NCBI GenBank assembly: GCA_013265495.1
Contig: MU058781.1
Coordinates: 2,334,158 to 2,398,157, forward strand
DNA from: Vicugna vicugna
Taxonomy: Eukaryota
Direction of reading: 5' to 3'
DNA length: 64,000 nt
Shown here: piece by piece, positions 22,843 through 35,880 of the stretch
How positions within the stretch are numbered: the stretch's first letter is position 1
Layout of the letters: each line of letters starts with the position of its first letter
Translations under genes and position numbers: made by a program
The notes under the pieces: model-generated
Told to the model about the DNA's origin: nothing
The model's database searches: none
The model's input: only the letters and a program-made list of their open reading frames with translations

Positions 22843-25800
22843 TGCTAAATAATTTTTTCCTTTGTTTATTTTACTTGACCATACATGAGAATTCAAGAGT
22901 ATTATTCACACGTACCTTCTTGAAACCCTTTTCTGGGTTTCTGCAACCCACATGTGTTCCTAATTTTTCTCCTCCTCCTCTGACCACGTTTTGGAGACCT
23001 AGTTTCAAGCTTATCTTTTACTCTCCAACAATCAAATGCTGGAGTTCCTTAAGACTTTGACCTTGATCTTCCTTTCTCACTCCATATTCTTTCTATGTGA
23101 GCTCATCCACCCACATAACTTCATCCCACTAATACACAGAAAACTCTCAGTTTTTTATCAGTAGATCAAAAGTATTGACTTGACTTCTCCATGCACTTGC
23201 CTCTGCCTGAAATATAACAGACCTTGAGAAGAATATGGTGTTGGTGCTAATTTTTTTCTTGTTTAGAATGTTTGTTGTATTGAAACATATTTACCCCATA
23301 AAAATCACCTGTCATTCCGCTGTACCACTGCACCCATAGGAGGGAATTTCCAGGGTAATCTCAGATTAACTTGTGTGGCCCTTTACAGAGCTGACCCACA
23401 TGTATAGCTCCTCTTGACATCAAGGTGGCAGGGGAAGGGGGGAATTCCAAGCTGCAGAGTGCATGAAAATAATCTTTTAAAGTTAACTGATAACCATCTC
23501 TATTGCAAGCATTCTGAGACTCTGTCATTTTATGATTAAGGACTCTTGATGTTATTACCACACACTGCTAGTGTAGGAGAGGGGAATTTTTTTTTCAGTC
23601 TGAGGTGAGTTGTTCATTTATTGAGCTATGGTGAACAGTTTCAAGATACTGCAACTGTCTAGATTTTAGATGTAATTATACAGTTCTGAGATAATACATT
23701 ACTAATTATTACTAATTAGAAATGAAAGGGGTAATATCAAATCATTTGCAAAGAATATGTACTTTGAGCATCTACTCTAGGTATCAAGTGTTGTGCTAAT
23801 AAGCAAGGGAGAGAGACAGGGGTAATGGAAGATTGGAACGTTCCAAGACAAGCTCATGGACCTCACCAGTGTTGTGAGTGTGCCTGGGCCGCTTGTTCAT
23901 TCCACTTAGAATCACTCCATCTGCATCTTGAACACACACACCTTAGCTTGCCAACCTCAGAATAGACCCTGTGTATATTTGCCCAAAGGCAGCCCACCTC
24001 CACTGTTGACTTAGAGATGCAATTCTGACCATTCAGGCTCCTTTCACTAGGAACTATTTAATTATACACATTCCGTGTTTGTCCTGAAGTACACTAGCCT
24101 AAGTGATAATTGTATCAAAACCTCCCACTGAGTTTTGCTCAAGGGCATCTAACTTATCAAATCTCATATAATTAACATTTCTGTACTTATATATTTATAT
24201 GCTTTCAAAGACTAACTCAAAATAAGTCCACTAGATATTGGTTGACTGTTTCTTGGATTTTTCTCTCTTCACCTAACAAATTTGATTTTATTTAAGAAAA
24301 GAAAAACTTTAAAATCTTCCTTTCTTTAGGAGATGTCCCTTTGTCAACTCTGTGTACTGTGAGTGGTATAACCTCACTCAACCTTATCTAAATTTAGGAT
24401 AAGGATAAATGGGAATTCCATACAAGTGCCCAAACCAGTGAAAAGAAAAAGGTGTTAAGAATAATGGGGAAACAGATACCTTAGGTAACTTCTTTGAAAA
24501 AAATAATAAAAGGAACAACTTCACCCCATTTCAAGTGGAGTTAAGTGGGTTCCAGTAAAATGACAATTAACTGTGTTGGAATGATTTGTTCCTCCCACGC
24601 CTGCCCCCTTTCCCATGAATGCTTCTGTATTTTTCCTATATATGGGGCTCTCACTGAATTCAAAAGGAACTCAGGGAAGTGAAGACTTCCAAGCAAGCGG
24701 AAATGAGAGGGGGATGAAAAATGAACTCCTGATTTCAGCTGAGCTCACCCAGATGGTAAAAAGAAAAAAAAAAGTGACAATTTTAACCTTAGAAAGCAGT
24801 ATGGTAGTAAGAAAAGTCAACTTGAGCTCAACTCCAATTTCCTCTTTGATGGCTAAATAAATGTTAAATTACTTTGTAAATATTTTTAAATGAGTGGTTT
24901 AGGAGCCTGAGCAATGAGGAAAGAAAGGGAAAAAGAGGTTAACTACCACACATAAAACGAGCTTACACAGCTGATGGCCAACTTTTACAGCTGGATTTTT
25001 ATAAACTCCTTGAAGAGGAGGGCAAGGGAGGGTTTATGATGTTACCATGGCAGTGAGGTAGTTTTTTGACAAAATATTGTGACACTGAAGCAGATGTATG
25101 ATGGGGAGGTAGGCATAGTGGTTGGGATAAGTATGAAGGAATTTAAGACCCTCACTAAATATTTCAGTGAAGAGTGACTCACGGACATGTCACTGGATTT
25201 AATTAGCTGTAAGTGAAAGGTGAAGGGTTAATCCAAGGTCAGTGTTGGGGAAAATGAAGCTTGTGACACATGCAGCTATGATATTTGTTGAATGCACACT
25301 CTAGGTGATTAGAATAGTAAATTAGCACAGTGTGGAAAAGAATAGGCAAGAGTTTCTTTAAGTCAGTCAGTTTGATATGACGGTGTTCAATTATTTAATT
25401 TCCATATGTGTTTCTCTAAGATTCTTTCTATCAATCCAGTACTTTATTCTGAAGTGTTGAAAGTGACTGCCAAGTAAGTAAGAAACATTTTCTGATTTTT
25501 AAAGTGAGAAACAATTTTATTGAACTCAATTAGGAACAATTGAATTTTAATTATGTTTAATGTCTATATTTGCCTATTTACACTACGAAAATTTTTTTTT
25601 CCTTATTCACCAAGGCGGGGGTAGGGGTGAGGGGACTGTTGAACTGATACTGTTTTCCTTCCTACAGAATCCATAACAAACTTGTTTGAGTAGAACAAAC
25701 TTGTAACTCTGTCTAGAGTAAGGAAAGATTTGTCAGGCATATTTGGCATTGCAAGCATTCATTAAACGGATTCAACAGATATTCCTTGAGCACGAGGCCA

Positions 25801-28279
25801 GGGAACAGGTGCTGTGTTCCCACTAATCAGGAGGGCAGACGTGCTCTTGTCTTCATAGAGCCTGATGGGCTGGGGCGCAGAATGATGGCATCTCTTCAGA
25901 GCAGGGCTCTCAGGCGGGCAGGGGGTAGTCTTAGTCTACTAACCAGACGGATGAGTAAAGGGTTAGTCACCTTTGCAACAAAAAGTTACAGGGAGGCCAG
26001 CTGACGTGCCAGCGATCACCAGCTATCCTATTATGTATAGATGTCCTGCGTAGGTCTCTGATTTCTATTCTCTGACTTAACCACTAGGTAGATGTGCTAT
26101 AGTATTTCTCATATAAATTCCTCACATATGCTTTCATATAATATTAAAGACATATTTTGACTTTAAATTTTTTCTAGACTTGTACTAATAGTATAACTTT
26201 AATACACAACCAAAAATGAGTATTTTTTCTGGCTTAAGTGGTGTGAATGAGAAAACATCTCCTTTTCACCACTAATGTAGAAAGAGAGAAAAATCAACTA
26301 GCTTTTGCACAGTCACAAAAGAGTAAACTCCCAAGAGAGTTCTGAGTAATGTTAAGATGAAAAGAAAACGTGAGCCGGCATTTAAGCATGTTATCACATT
26401 AGGCATAGACATCAGTCCAAGCCAAGACACACTCCAGCATTAGCCAAAGAACACTAGCTTTAGCAGAAAGCGCTAGGCAATTCTGACCACACTGATGTCG
26501 TGGAAGATATTAGAAGGAGCTCCATTCAGCAACGGGCTTAGAGGGAATGGTCAAAGATTAAGCATAAGCCTAGGTGAATGCTGCAGCCTCTACCAGCTGC
26601 CCTTCCAGGGCTGACCTTGGAGCTTAAGAGCCTGACAGCTGTGAACTTTAGCAGTTGTGGAAATAAGATACTGGAGTTTCTTTACTCCTACCCAACAGCT
26701 CGTGCAAGTCATCCAGTTGAAATCTGCTGAATGCCTGTTCTGTGGCAGCCATTGTACTGGGTGCTAAAGTACAGTCTTGGATGAGAAAGACACTGTCCTT
26801 GTGTAGTTCAGTAGAATCAGTGGCGTGGGAGTGTGAGTTGCTGATCTGGATATTTCAGTAAACTGACTTTTTAACTGCACTGAGTTGAGTAACTGCCCTG
26901 GTCCTGCCAGTGATCTCTGTTGTTCAGGTAGACACAAGGACCTCTACTTCATGGAGGTCAGGAGGACTGACACAAAGCGGAGAGTTATCTTGGAGGTTTC
27001 TGCCTATGAAGAGTTCTGCATGTGGCGGAAGGTCACACAGGGATGTGGTCATGGTCCCCACTGCCTCCTCTACACTTGGTGGGTCTGTGCAACTCTCACA
27101 GCAGCTACTCGAAACTATTACATGGGTACAGCCAAACTGGCGATTCTATTTACATTCTGCCTCCCTGAATTGCTAAAAGCCCAGCACTCCATGGATCCAC
27201 CCTTTCTGCAAGGGTCATGTAGAAGCCCATTAACACACGTGTCTGTGTCTGGAAGAGACATTGGAAGCACAGGAACGGGATATGGTGCTTATGGTCTAAT
27301 GACAAATTTTCATGGGATTCTTACTTGATTGCCCCATAAATGCTCAGACTGACTGACACTCATCACTGTTACTCATTCAAGGAGTTTCATCTTCCACTCA
27401 AGAAACAGATAAACATAACTTGAACTAATTGAAAGCAACATCAAAAATTCTGCCTAAAAATAATGACTATCATTGTTGAATGCTACTTTAAACCAGTTTT
27501 GGAAATCAGTTGTTTGCTCCTAGAAGGAAAGGATGTAGGACACCAGTTCAGAAGTATACATGTTTCTGCGATGTCAAAAGTCAATGGCATGTTTAATCCA
27601 TTTCACTGACCCTTGGTTAACTAGACAATTATCAGAAAATCCTCCCTTACATTCTGTTAATAGGAAAAAAAAAACTTCCATGACCATAACTCTCTCCTTA
27701 TAAAGTCAAATAGAATGGTTATGTGAATATGCTTAGTATCTTTTAAAGCTATAAATGCTCAGCATAAAAGAAAAGCAATTTAAGGAAAGGCTGACCCTAA
27801 AACTCCAAAGCCATTAAGATCTTCTTGAAATCTATAGAAAAGAAAGCCAAGGTGAGGTTGAATTTTTAATTCCTATTGGGAAATCAGATAGCAAGTACAG
27901 GTTCCCACTGAGGTCTGCTGAGCTTGTTGACAATCACTTAGGTTTCTTGCGAACTAAATTCTCTATGGCTGCTTCAACAAGCATTTATTGAGTACCCTCT
28001 TAAGGACAAGACTCTGTAGTAGGATAATTTAAAGATGATGTGAATCTTATTGCAGATTTTGTATACAGTGATTAAATATTATTCACAGAAGTGGAGTATA
28101 AATGGTGCTTGATCTCATATATAAAGACTTTTCTGTCTGTGGTTCTTGTATCTGCAGATGTCCATATTGGGAGAAACAATGTCAAAGCCCCCAAACTGTT
28201 GTTCATTGACACTTTTTTTGTGTCTGAAAAGGACTCTAGCAACAAAAGTTATGCAACTCTGAGAGCTAAGCAGTTTAGT

Positions 28280-28711
28280 ATAGAGGGCATTATGCTAAGT
28301 GAAATAAATCAGACTTCTGAGAAAGACAAATATCTTATGATCTCACTTATATGTGGAATTAAAAAAAAAAAAAGACTGAACTCTGATACAGAGAACAGAT
28401 TGGTGGTTGCCAGAGGCAGAGTGGTGGGTGAAACGGTTGAAGGTGGTCAGAGGTACAAAGTTGCAGTTATAAAATAAATAAGTCATGAGGATGCACTGTA
28501 CATCATGGTGGCTCAGTTATTAATATTATATTGTATATTTGAAAGTTGCTAATACAGCTCTTAAAAGTTCTCATCAAAAGAAAAAAAATTTGTAACATTG
28601 TGTAGTGATGGATGTTTTGTGGTGGTCATTTTGGAATACATACAAATATCAAATCATTATGCTGTATACTTGAAACTAATGTTATATGTCAATTATGTCT
28701 CAAAAAAAAAA
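28280..28711 (+). mobile_element. LINE-1 3' end (L1MA9-type)
   Basis: GAGGGCATTATGCTAAGTGAAATAA...GATCTCACTTATATGTGGAAT...TTGAAAGTTGCTAA...TGTTATATGTCAATTATGTCTC plus A-tail. Confidence 0.9.
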
Positions 28712-30649
28712 GGTAAGATATATAAAAGATACTTGAGTCCCCTTCTGAAGGAACCTTCTTTTGCTGACTTTAGAAAGACCCTTTAGGGCAGCAGCTGAAA
28801 CTATCACTTGGATCAGGGTGCGTGTTTCTGTTGCCATTTTGATGCCAGTCTTGAGGGTAAATTCATTCATGTCATGACTTTGAATGACTTGAATTTTCTT
28901 TAGCACTGTGCAGGTGAGCCTACCTACAAATGGCCATGGCACAGAAAACGCATGCGTACCTGTACACACTTATGTATAATGCACATCCCAGGTTAAGAGT
29001 CTTCCAGTTTGTGTTATAGGGAGGCCTTTGGGGAGGAGGAGGATGCTGAGCTCTTCCTGTAATAGGAAAGCCATTAGTTAGTGGATCAAGAATCAGATAC
29101 AATCAAGAAGGCGCCAACGCAGCTGTAGGAGGCAGGGGGCCTGATCATGGGAAGGCTGGAAACTTTGGTGGAGCTACAGAAACCAAGACTGGGACTTTTT
29201 AGGTTAAAATTGGTGGTAATGAGTTACTGGAAGATTTTGAAACATAAGTGGGTTTAATCATTTAATGGATTATCAGTGGCCTCCACAGTCATGGTGATTA
29301 TTTGCATTTGCTGCACCTCTGACCCTGCAACGGTGGGAAGTCCTTTGCAGCCAGCAGCCAGCTTGCGAGTGGAAGGGGTGGTAAGAAGATGGCAGCCACA
29401 GAGCAGCCTTCGTCGTTGGTCACCTGCAGTACGTCCAAAATCAAGCTCTCTTAGGAAGCTGTGACAAGAAGGGCTCAGTGTTAGAACATTGGTGGGCAGG
29501 TTATTTATGGCAGAGTCCCAGCTGCCGCCAGCATCTCTCTTCCTAAAATAACTGACAGGTGGGTGACCTGGCCTTTGGAAGCACTGTGTCAGACCAGGCA
29601 TAGGATACATCACTGCTTGCTTTTTCTCTTCTTGCTTAGATAGCACTATATTTTCTATGTGTAAATCCGCCCTAATTTTGGAATTCAGATATCACAAAAA
29701 CTACTAATGTGGTGCCATTCACATAGTTAAAACTCCTGAAGGTAAGTATGTGTTGGGGGTGGGGGTTGAAACAGTCTTTGTTCTACTTGGGTCAATATGA
29801 TCATCCATTTATCTTGTTCTTGTTGTGGTTTATTGACTTTTTTCCTATAATGTATGTACCAAGTATTTGCTGATTAATCTTAAAGAGAATGCAGAACAGG
29901 GTCACATTTCCTCTCTCAGAGAAAATGAAGGTGAATTTCCAAAATATCATTTTAATTAAAACCTATGTCCCTCATACACGGAAAAGAAAGTTGGCACAGC
30001 ATTCATTTTCCCTCCTGTGGGTGGACCATTCACTGGTAGAGGAGGAAACAGGTGCTGTAGCTCAGGCTGTGGAACTGGTCACCTTCCAGGCCTGTCTTTC
30101 AGCATGCCCTCTGAAGAGCAAGGGAACGTTAAAAGGGCTGGGCCAGGCCCCAACGCAACCAGAGGCATTACCGACCTGGCACAGGGGACTGTCTCTGGCC
30201 TTCATGGTTCTACACATGGCTCTGGCATTTGTTCCACAGAGACGGCATCCAAAATTTAAGAGATGCCTGAAAACACAAAAAATAACATATGGGGAGGAAA
30301 CAACTCTCCTAACTGGTTCTTCAGCAGTCTTGCTCTGTGTTGAACTTGGATGCATTTGGTTAAAAGCAGGGACACTGTTAGACCATGAAGAAAACAGACA
30401 ATAAAGGAAATGGGATTTCCAGAGGCCAGGAACAGAGGCCAGCCAGCAAGAGAGGCACCCACAGAATGAGTGCTGAATGATCTGAAGACTTGGTGGCAAA
30501 TTTAAGGATGAATAGGGAAATCCTCCTTCCTCTCCAGAAGTGAGGAACCACAACAGACTGCAAGAGAGACTGTGGTCACTTTGGAATACCTGCCGCTTAA
30601 AGACAAATGGTACAATCTCAGGTAGGTAGCAAGGTAAGAGAGACAAAGA

Positions 30650-30810
30650 ACCCCGGAGCCTGGGAATCAGAAAATCTAAATTCTGATCTTGGCCTGCTTC
30701 CAACCAGCTGTGGGTTCTTGGCCAAAACATTTTATCCTATCTGATCCTCAATTTCCTCATCTCTAAGTGCAGGCATTGGCTCAAATGACATTTAGAGTGC
30801 CTTTCATTTT
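30650..30810 (+). mobile_element. MIR SINE fragment
   Basis: GGGAATCAGAAAATCTAAATTCTGATCTTGGC...CCTCAATTTCCTCATCTCTAA. Confidence 0.6.
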
Positions 30811-31369
30811 TTATAATTATTGGCCTAAGAAAAGTTGTCATTTTAATTTGGTTCTATTAGGATCGTGTTTTTTAAAGCTAGATAATAAGGAAAGTTTGCA
30901 TGACAATGTGTACTTATTTGTTTTAGGATTATTATTTCCTTTAATGTTTCCCATTACCCCCTCTGTCTAGGTTCATTACATTTGCCGTGTGCAGTGGATC
31001 TAGGCATTCTGATCCTGACGTAATAAGACATCTGACAGGAAGAACTAGGTTTTGTTAAGCTTTCCAGGTTGGTTATCAGACTCTTCTTCAGTGACTGTGG
31101 GAAAGCAACAGAGAACACAGGCTTATCACTCACTTGAGCAAGGCCCTTACATCAGATTTTCCAAAAGTTACAGGTACAGCAATGAACAGTGGCCAAGAAA
31201 TAACTTCACTGAAAAAAAATAGGTAGATGATGAACTTTACCCTTTGTAGATATTCAAGGAGAACTGTATTTTGGACCTTAGGCTTGAAAGGGTTAATTTA
31301 GGTATTAGAAAAACACTTTGATATAAAAGTATAAAGCTGATGAAGACCACAAAAATCACCTATTCCGCC

Positions 31370-31500
31370 CTGGTTTTTTTGCAGAGGAGGAAGTTGAGTC
31401 TCAGAGAAGTTGAGTGAATTCTCCAGAGACACTTAACTGTTCAAGCAGAACTGAGGCTCCACTTTTGGCGTTTGACTCCCAATCCGGTACTGTTTCTCCT
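31370..31500 (-). mobile_element. MIR SINE fragment
   Basis: TTTTGCAGAGGAGGAAGTTGAGTCTCAGAGAAGTTGAGTGAATT antisense core. Confidence 0.7.
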
Positions 31501-31689
31501 TTTCCAATTAGTTTCTTCTGAGCAGACCTGGCCTCATTTATAGATTAAGAAAGACATCACTCTCTTAGGTAGTAGGCATCAAACCTACACACTGTGTCAG
31601 AGTCTCCCAAATAGCCTGTCCCAAGACTTAGAAGCCTCCCACAGTGTCAGAGTCTGCTCCATCAGAGCCCTCATCACATGAAGGGACCT

Positions 31690-31832
31690 CATCTCTATTT
31701 GGATGGGATGCCTGTTTCCAAGTCAGCTTAATGAGGGCCCAGACCATGTTCCCCTTGTTCTCAGTTGCATTTCTAATTTTAGCACATTGCCTGGCATATA
31801 GTCAACACTCAGTAAATATTTGTTGAATCAGT
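31690..31832 (+). mobile_element. L2 LINE 3' end
   Basis: TAGCACATTGCCTGGCATATAGTCAACACTCAGTAAATATTTGTTGAAT. Confidence 0.75.
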
Positions 31833-34800
31833 GATCAGAAGCTTGAAGAACACAGTAATGAGTGAATTAATAGGAACCCAAGACCTCTGTCCTTAGAGTC
31901 ATTCCTGTGGATTAAGATACTGTTCCATGTTAAAATGCTAAAAAGACCTGGATGAGAATGGCATATGAAACCATTATCACAGCATCCTGAATTTCTCTGA
32001 AGAGTCATGAGATAAAAAATGCTTTAAAGGGCAACAAGGACAAGTGGGGGACAATGAGTGGGGAATACTGTTGTATCTGCATTTGGTGGAGCAGAGTGAA
32101 GAAAACTGATTTTCACTAGGAAGCCTTGAAGAAGTGGTACCCAAAATAATGCCTCATTACTTCCCACTTTGTCTAAGGCTGGTACTGCTTGTAATCATTC
32201 TAACATCTACAGTGGGTTTCTTCATTACAGATTACAGCCATACGGACACAAAAGTATTATGGGTGCTGCACCCTTCCTAACTGTTTATGAATTAGAATTT
32301 TCCAGAGAATCATCACATCTTTTACCTTATTTAATTTCTTTGCACCTTAGAGAGAGCCAGGACAGATGATTTTATCTCCATTATTGTTGGAGAAACTGAA
32401 GCAGAGGAGCTGGTCCTTGGCCTCACAACTCTGTGCCCTGACCACTAGGGAAAACTGTGTTTTTGAAAACTCTGTTCATTAAGACTAATGTTGAATTTTT
32501 AAAAATATTTTGTTTATTCTAGGCAGTTGCTTTGGGAGAAATAGTCTCAAATTTTATTAATGAGGGCATTGACTACAACACTTGCAAACCAAGGTTGCAG
32601 TCTAAACTGTTGCTACATTACGTATAACTGTCAATCTGACTGACAGTGTCCCTCCTGGAATTCCCCAGAGAGGCTGAAAAGAAGAGGAAAGGAGGGGGAG
32701 CCACGCAGTAATTCTTGAAAGAGTTCAGTTATGACAATACCGCCCCTTCTGGTGTCTACATTGTTTATGTTTCCTACCTGAAATGAAACATGATACCACT
32801 ACGAGGGAGATAAAAAGCAAGAGAGTCATATTAGAATAATAATGATAAATTTGTTGCTGCAAGTTAATATTTTTTGCTCTTTATTCACACTGACCTAGAT
32901 ATTTGAGACAGGTTTGTAGAACTGCCATTATTTTATATGAACAAGCTATTATTTTAAAATATTAAGTCTAATAATTGCTTCATTGCCATCAACTCCCTCC
33001 TTCTCTCCAAATCATTCAATAGATGAAAGACATTATAAAAGGTTAGAAAATGGATAGTATTGGAAACAGCCTTTCCTCGAAAACTTTTTTTTTTCGAGAT
33101 CAAAATCAGAACCCATCCTTTTAAGGAACAGACCTGAATTTAATTTCCTTTCCTTTGTTCTCAGTTTTAATTTCTCCCAAGCTACTCTTGATCTTCCAAG
33201 TGTTCTTTCCCATTTAATGCCAATAATTTGCACTTCTGTCATCCCTTTTATCTGGGAAATCACAAGGCCACTTGAAACTTTCTCTGCTGGGCTTCAGAGG
33301 GGTGCTCTAATGGGTAAATCCTTTGATGACCTTCTTTTCAAAATGTGTAGCAAGAGCAGGTGTTGCAATCATAGAAATCTCTTCTGGAGTCTAGGCTTAG
33401 GTGATTTTAAATAGTAGCTGGACTTGAGTGAGTTGGTGGTCACAGGGGTGTAGGGATAATAGATACAATAAGGAAGAGTTCATGAAGTCATATATGCCTA
33501 CATGACACACACCCTTCTAAGAAATGGCCCTAAATCCTTTGTCCTGTCTCATTGATTCTGACTTGCACAGGATCCTTGGCTTGGGAAGTAAAATCTGTTA
33601 CTGTGTTTTCTCTGGACACAGCTGATTAGAATTGGATGAGAACTGATGTCCTGCCAAAGTCACTAACTTTGAGGAGATCTACCATTTTATAGGTAGATGG
33701 TTGGCATCAACTAGCCAATATGAGTACTTGACACCGAGATCATCTAATCTGATTATTTTAGGGGAAAGTTCAAGTGCTAGGTGAACAAAGAAAGGTTGTG
33801 TCACTTGAGCTCAGGTTTTTTTCCCTGGGACCCTAAGATATTACCTTGGTAGAATTTAAAATACCCTGTATACCCCAAGAAGAGAAGGATTAAAACCCAA
33901 ATTGACAATGAGGTGGAAAATTATTGTCCTACCACACATTTCCATGGATATTCTAAACCAATTTTCATTTTAAAGTTATGTGAACTGTGGATGCATTGTT
34001 CTTCAAGCCCCCAAAGAACTTGACTTGTAGGACCAGTTCTATTGAGAAAGAGTGAAAGAATATAATACTCTCATGATTCAGGTTATGTGGACATAGACCT
34101 TGGGCAACTTGCTGGTATATCTCAGGTGGCTCATAGTTCTTTAGAGATCAAAGTAAGCTTGAAGAAATAAATTAGCAATGTGTATAGTGTTGTCATATTA
34201 TGTCTTTCGAAAGAACTAAAATGCTATTATAAGGTAGAAGGATGAATAATATAAACTTTTATCTCTTCTCTTCAACATTAAAAAAAATGTATTCACTTTA
34301 AAAAGAAGCAGTATTGTATTGCAACCCTTTATCAATGGGCAAGTGACTTGTGGCATCTGTATTCAGATGTCTTTGTCAGGGAACCTCTGATGGGACAATA
34401 AGCCAAAACAGAGCAGGAAATAAGATTTGAGGACTCTAGCCTCCAGCTTTCACTCTCACTTTCAGATTACTGGCCCTAATAACAAATCACTTATAGAAAG
34501 AACATCTTAGGTTAATAATTGGGATGCGGGTGGGGGTAAAGTGGTGGAGGTGCCACATTCCTCCCTTTCCAAACTTGAGTGTTCTTCATATTAGAGCCGA
34601 GGTTGTTTCATTTCAGTTGTCCTAAGGAAGTAGAATTAAAAGGATGGAAATTCAGTGGCTGCTGTCCATTTTGCAGACAGCATATGGAAATGCCATTTTA
34701 TCTGTAGTATTTTCTGGTCCAACAAGAATACTCCGATGTCCCAGAGGAAAGGGGCTTTAACCAAGGGCAGGCTGTGTGAGCCTGGCACCACACTCTGATG

Positions 34801-35719
34801 CTGGATCCTCACATTATTTCTTGGCCCTCTAGGGGCCAAGGTCTCCAATGGCATGGCCAACTCAGAGTTCTCCCCTCAGAGTCAGTTACAACATCTCCAT
34901 CAGGCAGGTGGGCTGATATCTTCCAGATGGGGCTCTTTCTGCTCAGGAACAGTTGTTAGAAGCCACCCTTGCAGTCTAGTTAGGTGTGATAGCTCATCTG
35001 GCAGTACTCATAGTGCAACCAGTGACAGGCTAGAGCATGGCACATGGGTCATCTTATGAGTCACCTCCATCTGCTCAGACTCAATGGCTTCTAAACAGAG
35101 CTTTTACAGGCAAAGGCTGTGTGTGACCCCTCTCTCTGTTGGAGCTATTTTTCTTTATTTATTTTACTATTTTTTTCTTTTTGTTAGATATAGTTGGTAT
35201 CCTGCTTACAGGGAACACTGGTGAAAGGGGACTTTCTGGAACTCCCCTGAAATAGACATGACCACAAGGCACTGGTTCAAGTTTAGAGATGAACAAGAAT
35301 AACAACTTGGGCTTGGTTTAATGTCACTTTCTTTTAGTTTGCTACTGAACCAGATAAAGCAGTACAAAAGGAAACAAATGATCAATGACACAGTGAGTGG
35401 ACACTCTTGATGCTGTCATGGGTTTTCACAGAGGTCTCTCCAGTGGTCAGTGTAACTTCCTAGGAGTAAGAAAGCTGTTGGGTCAAAGAGCTATGTGGGC
35501 TCTTTAGATTGAAAAATGTAACTGGTTGCATCAGTACCCAAGAATCTACCTATTACTATATAAGGACATCTTCACAGCATCACAGAATCATACACTTTTA
35601 TGTTATATTCTTAGTGTGTCATTGGGCCCCTGCAGTGCTAGGAGCAGAATACCCTAAATTCTTTTCTTAAGTCCTAGTGTCTGAATTCCTGCCAAGGGAA
35701 AAACATAATACATATTTTG

Positions 35720-35880
35720 ACTAAACGTCAGGAGACATATGTTCTAGCCCTGGCTATGCCCCGAACTAACCAGTTGTGCGATCTTACACAAATCACATAA
35801 TCTTCCTGGACTTTGGTTTACTTTAACTGTAAAGGGAGCATTAGGCGGGATCTCCAGTCCTTTCTAGGCTTGAAATTTCT
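35720..35880 (+). mobile_element. MIR SINE fragment
   Basis: TCAGGAGACATATGTTCTAGCCCTGGCTATGCC...CAGTTGTGCGATCTTACACAAATCACATAATCTT. Confidence 0.6.

Noticed and set aside
25054..25075. let-7-like TGAGGTAGT
   Set aside because: Only the first 9 nt match and there is no complementary 3' arm to form a precursor hairpin.
26885..27328. 147-aa ORF
   Set aside because: Non-ATG start, no recognisable motif, no convincing exon boundaries.
29889..30730. Longest ORFs (171 aa on +, 222 aa on -, overlapping)
   Set aside because: No recognisable domain, Leu/Ser/Cys-rich random composition, and the minus ORF starts inside a MIR; consistent with chance ORFs.
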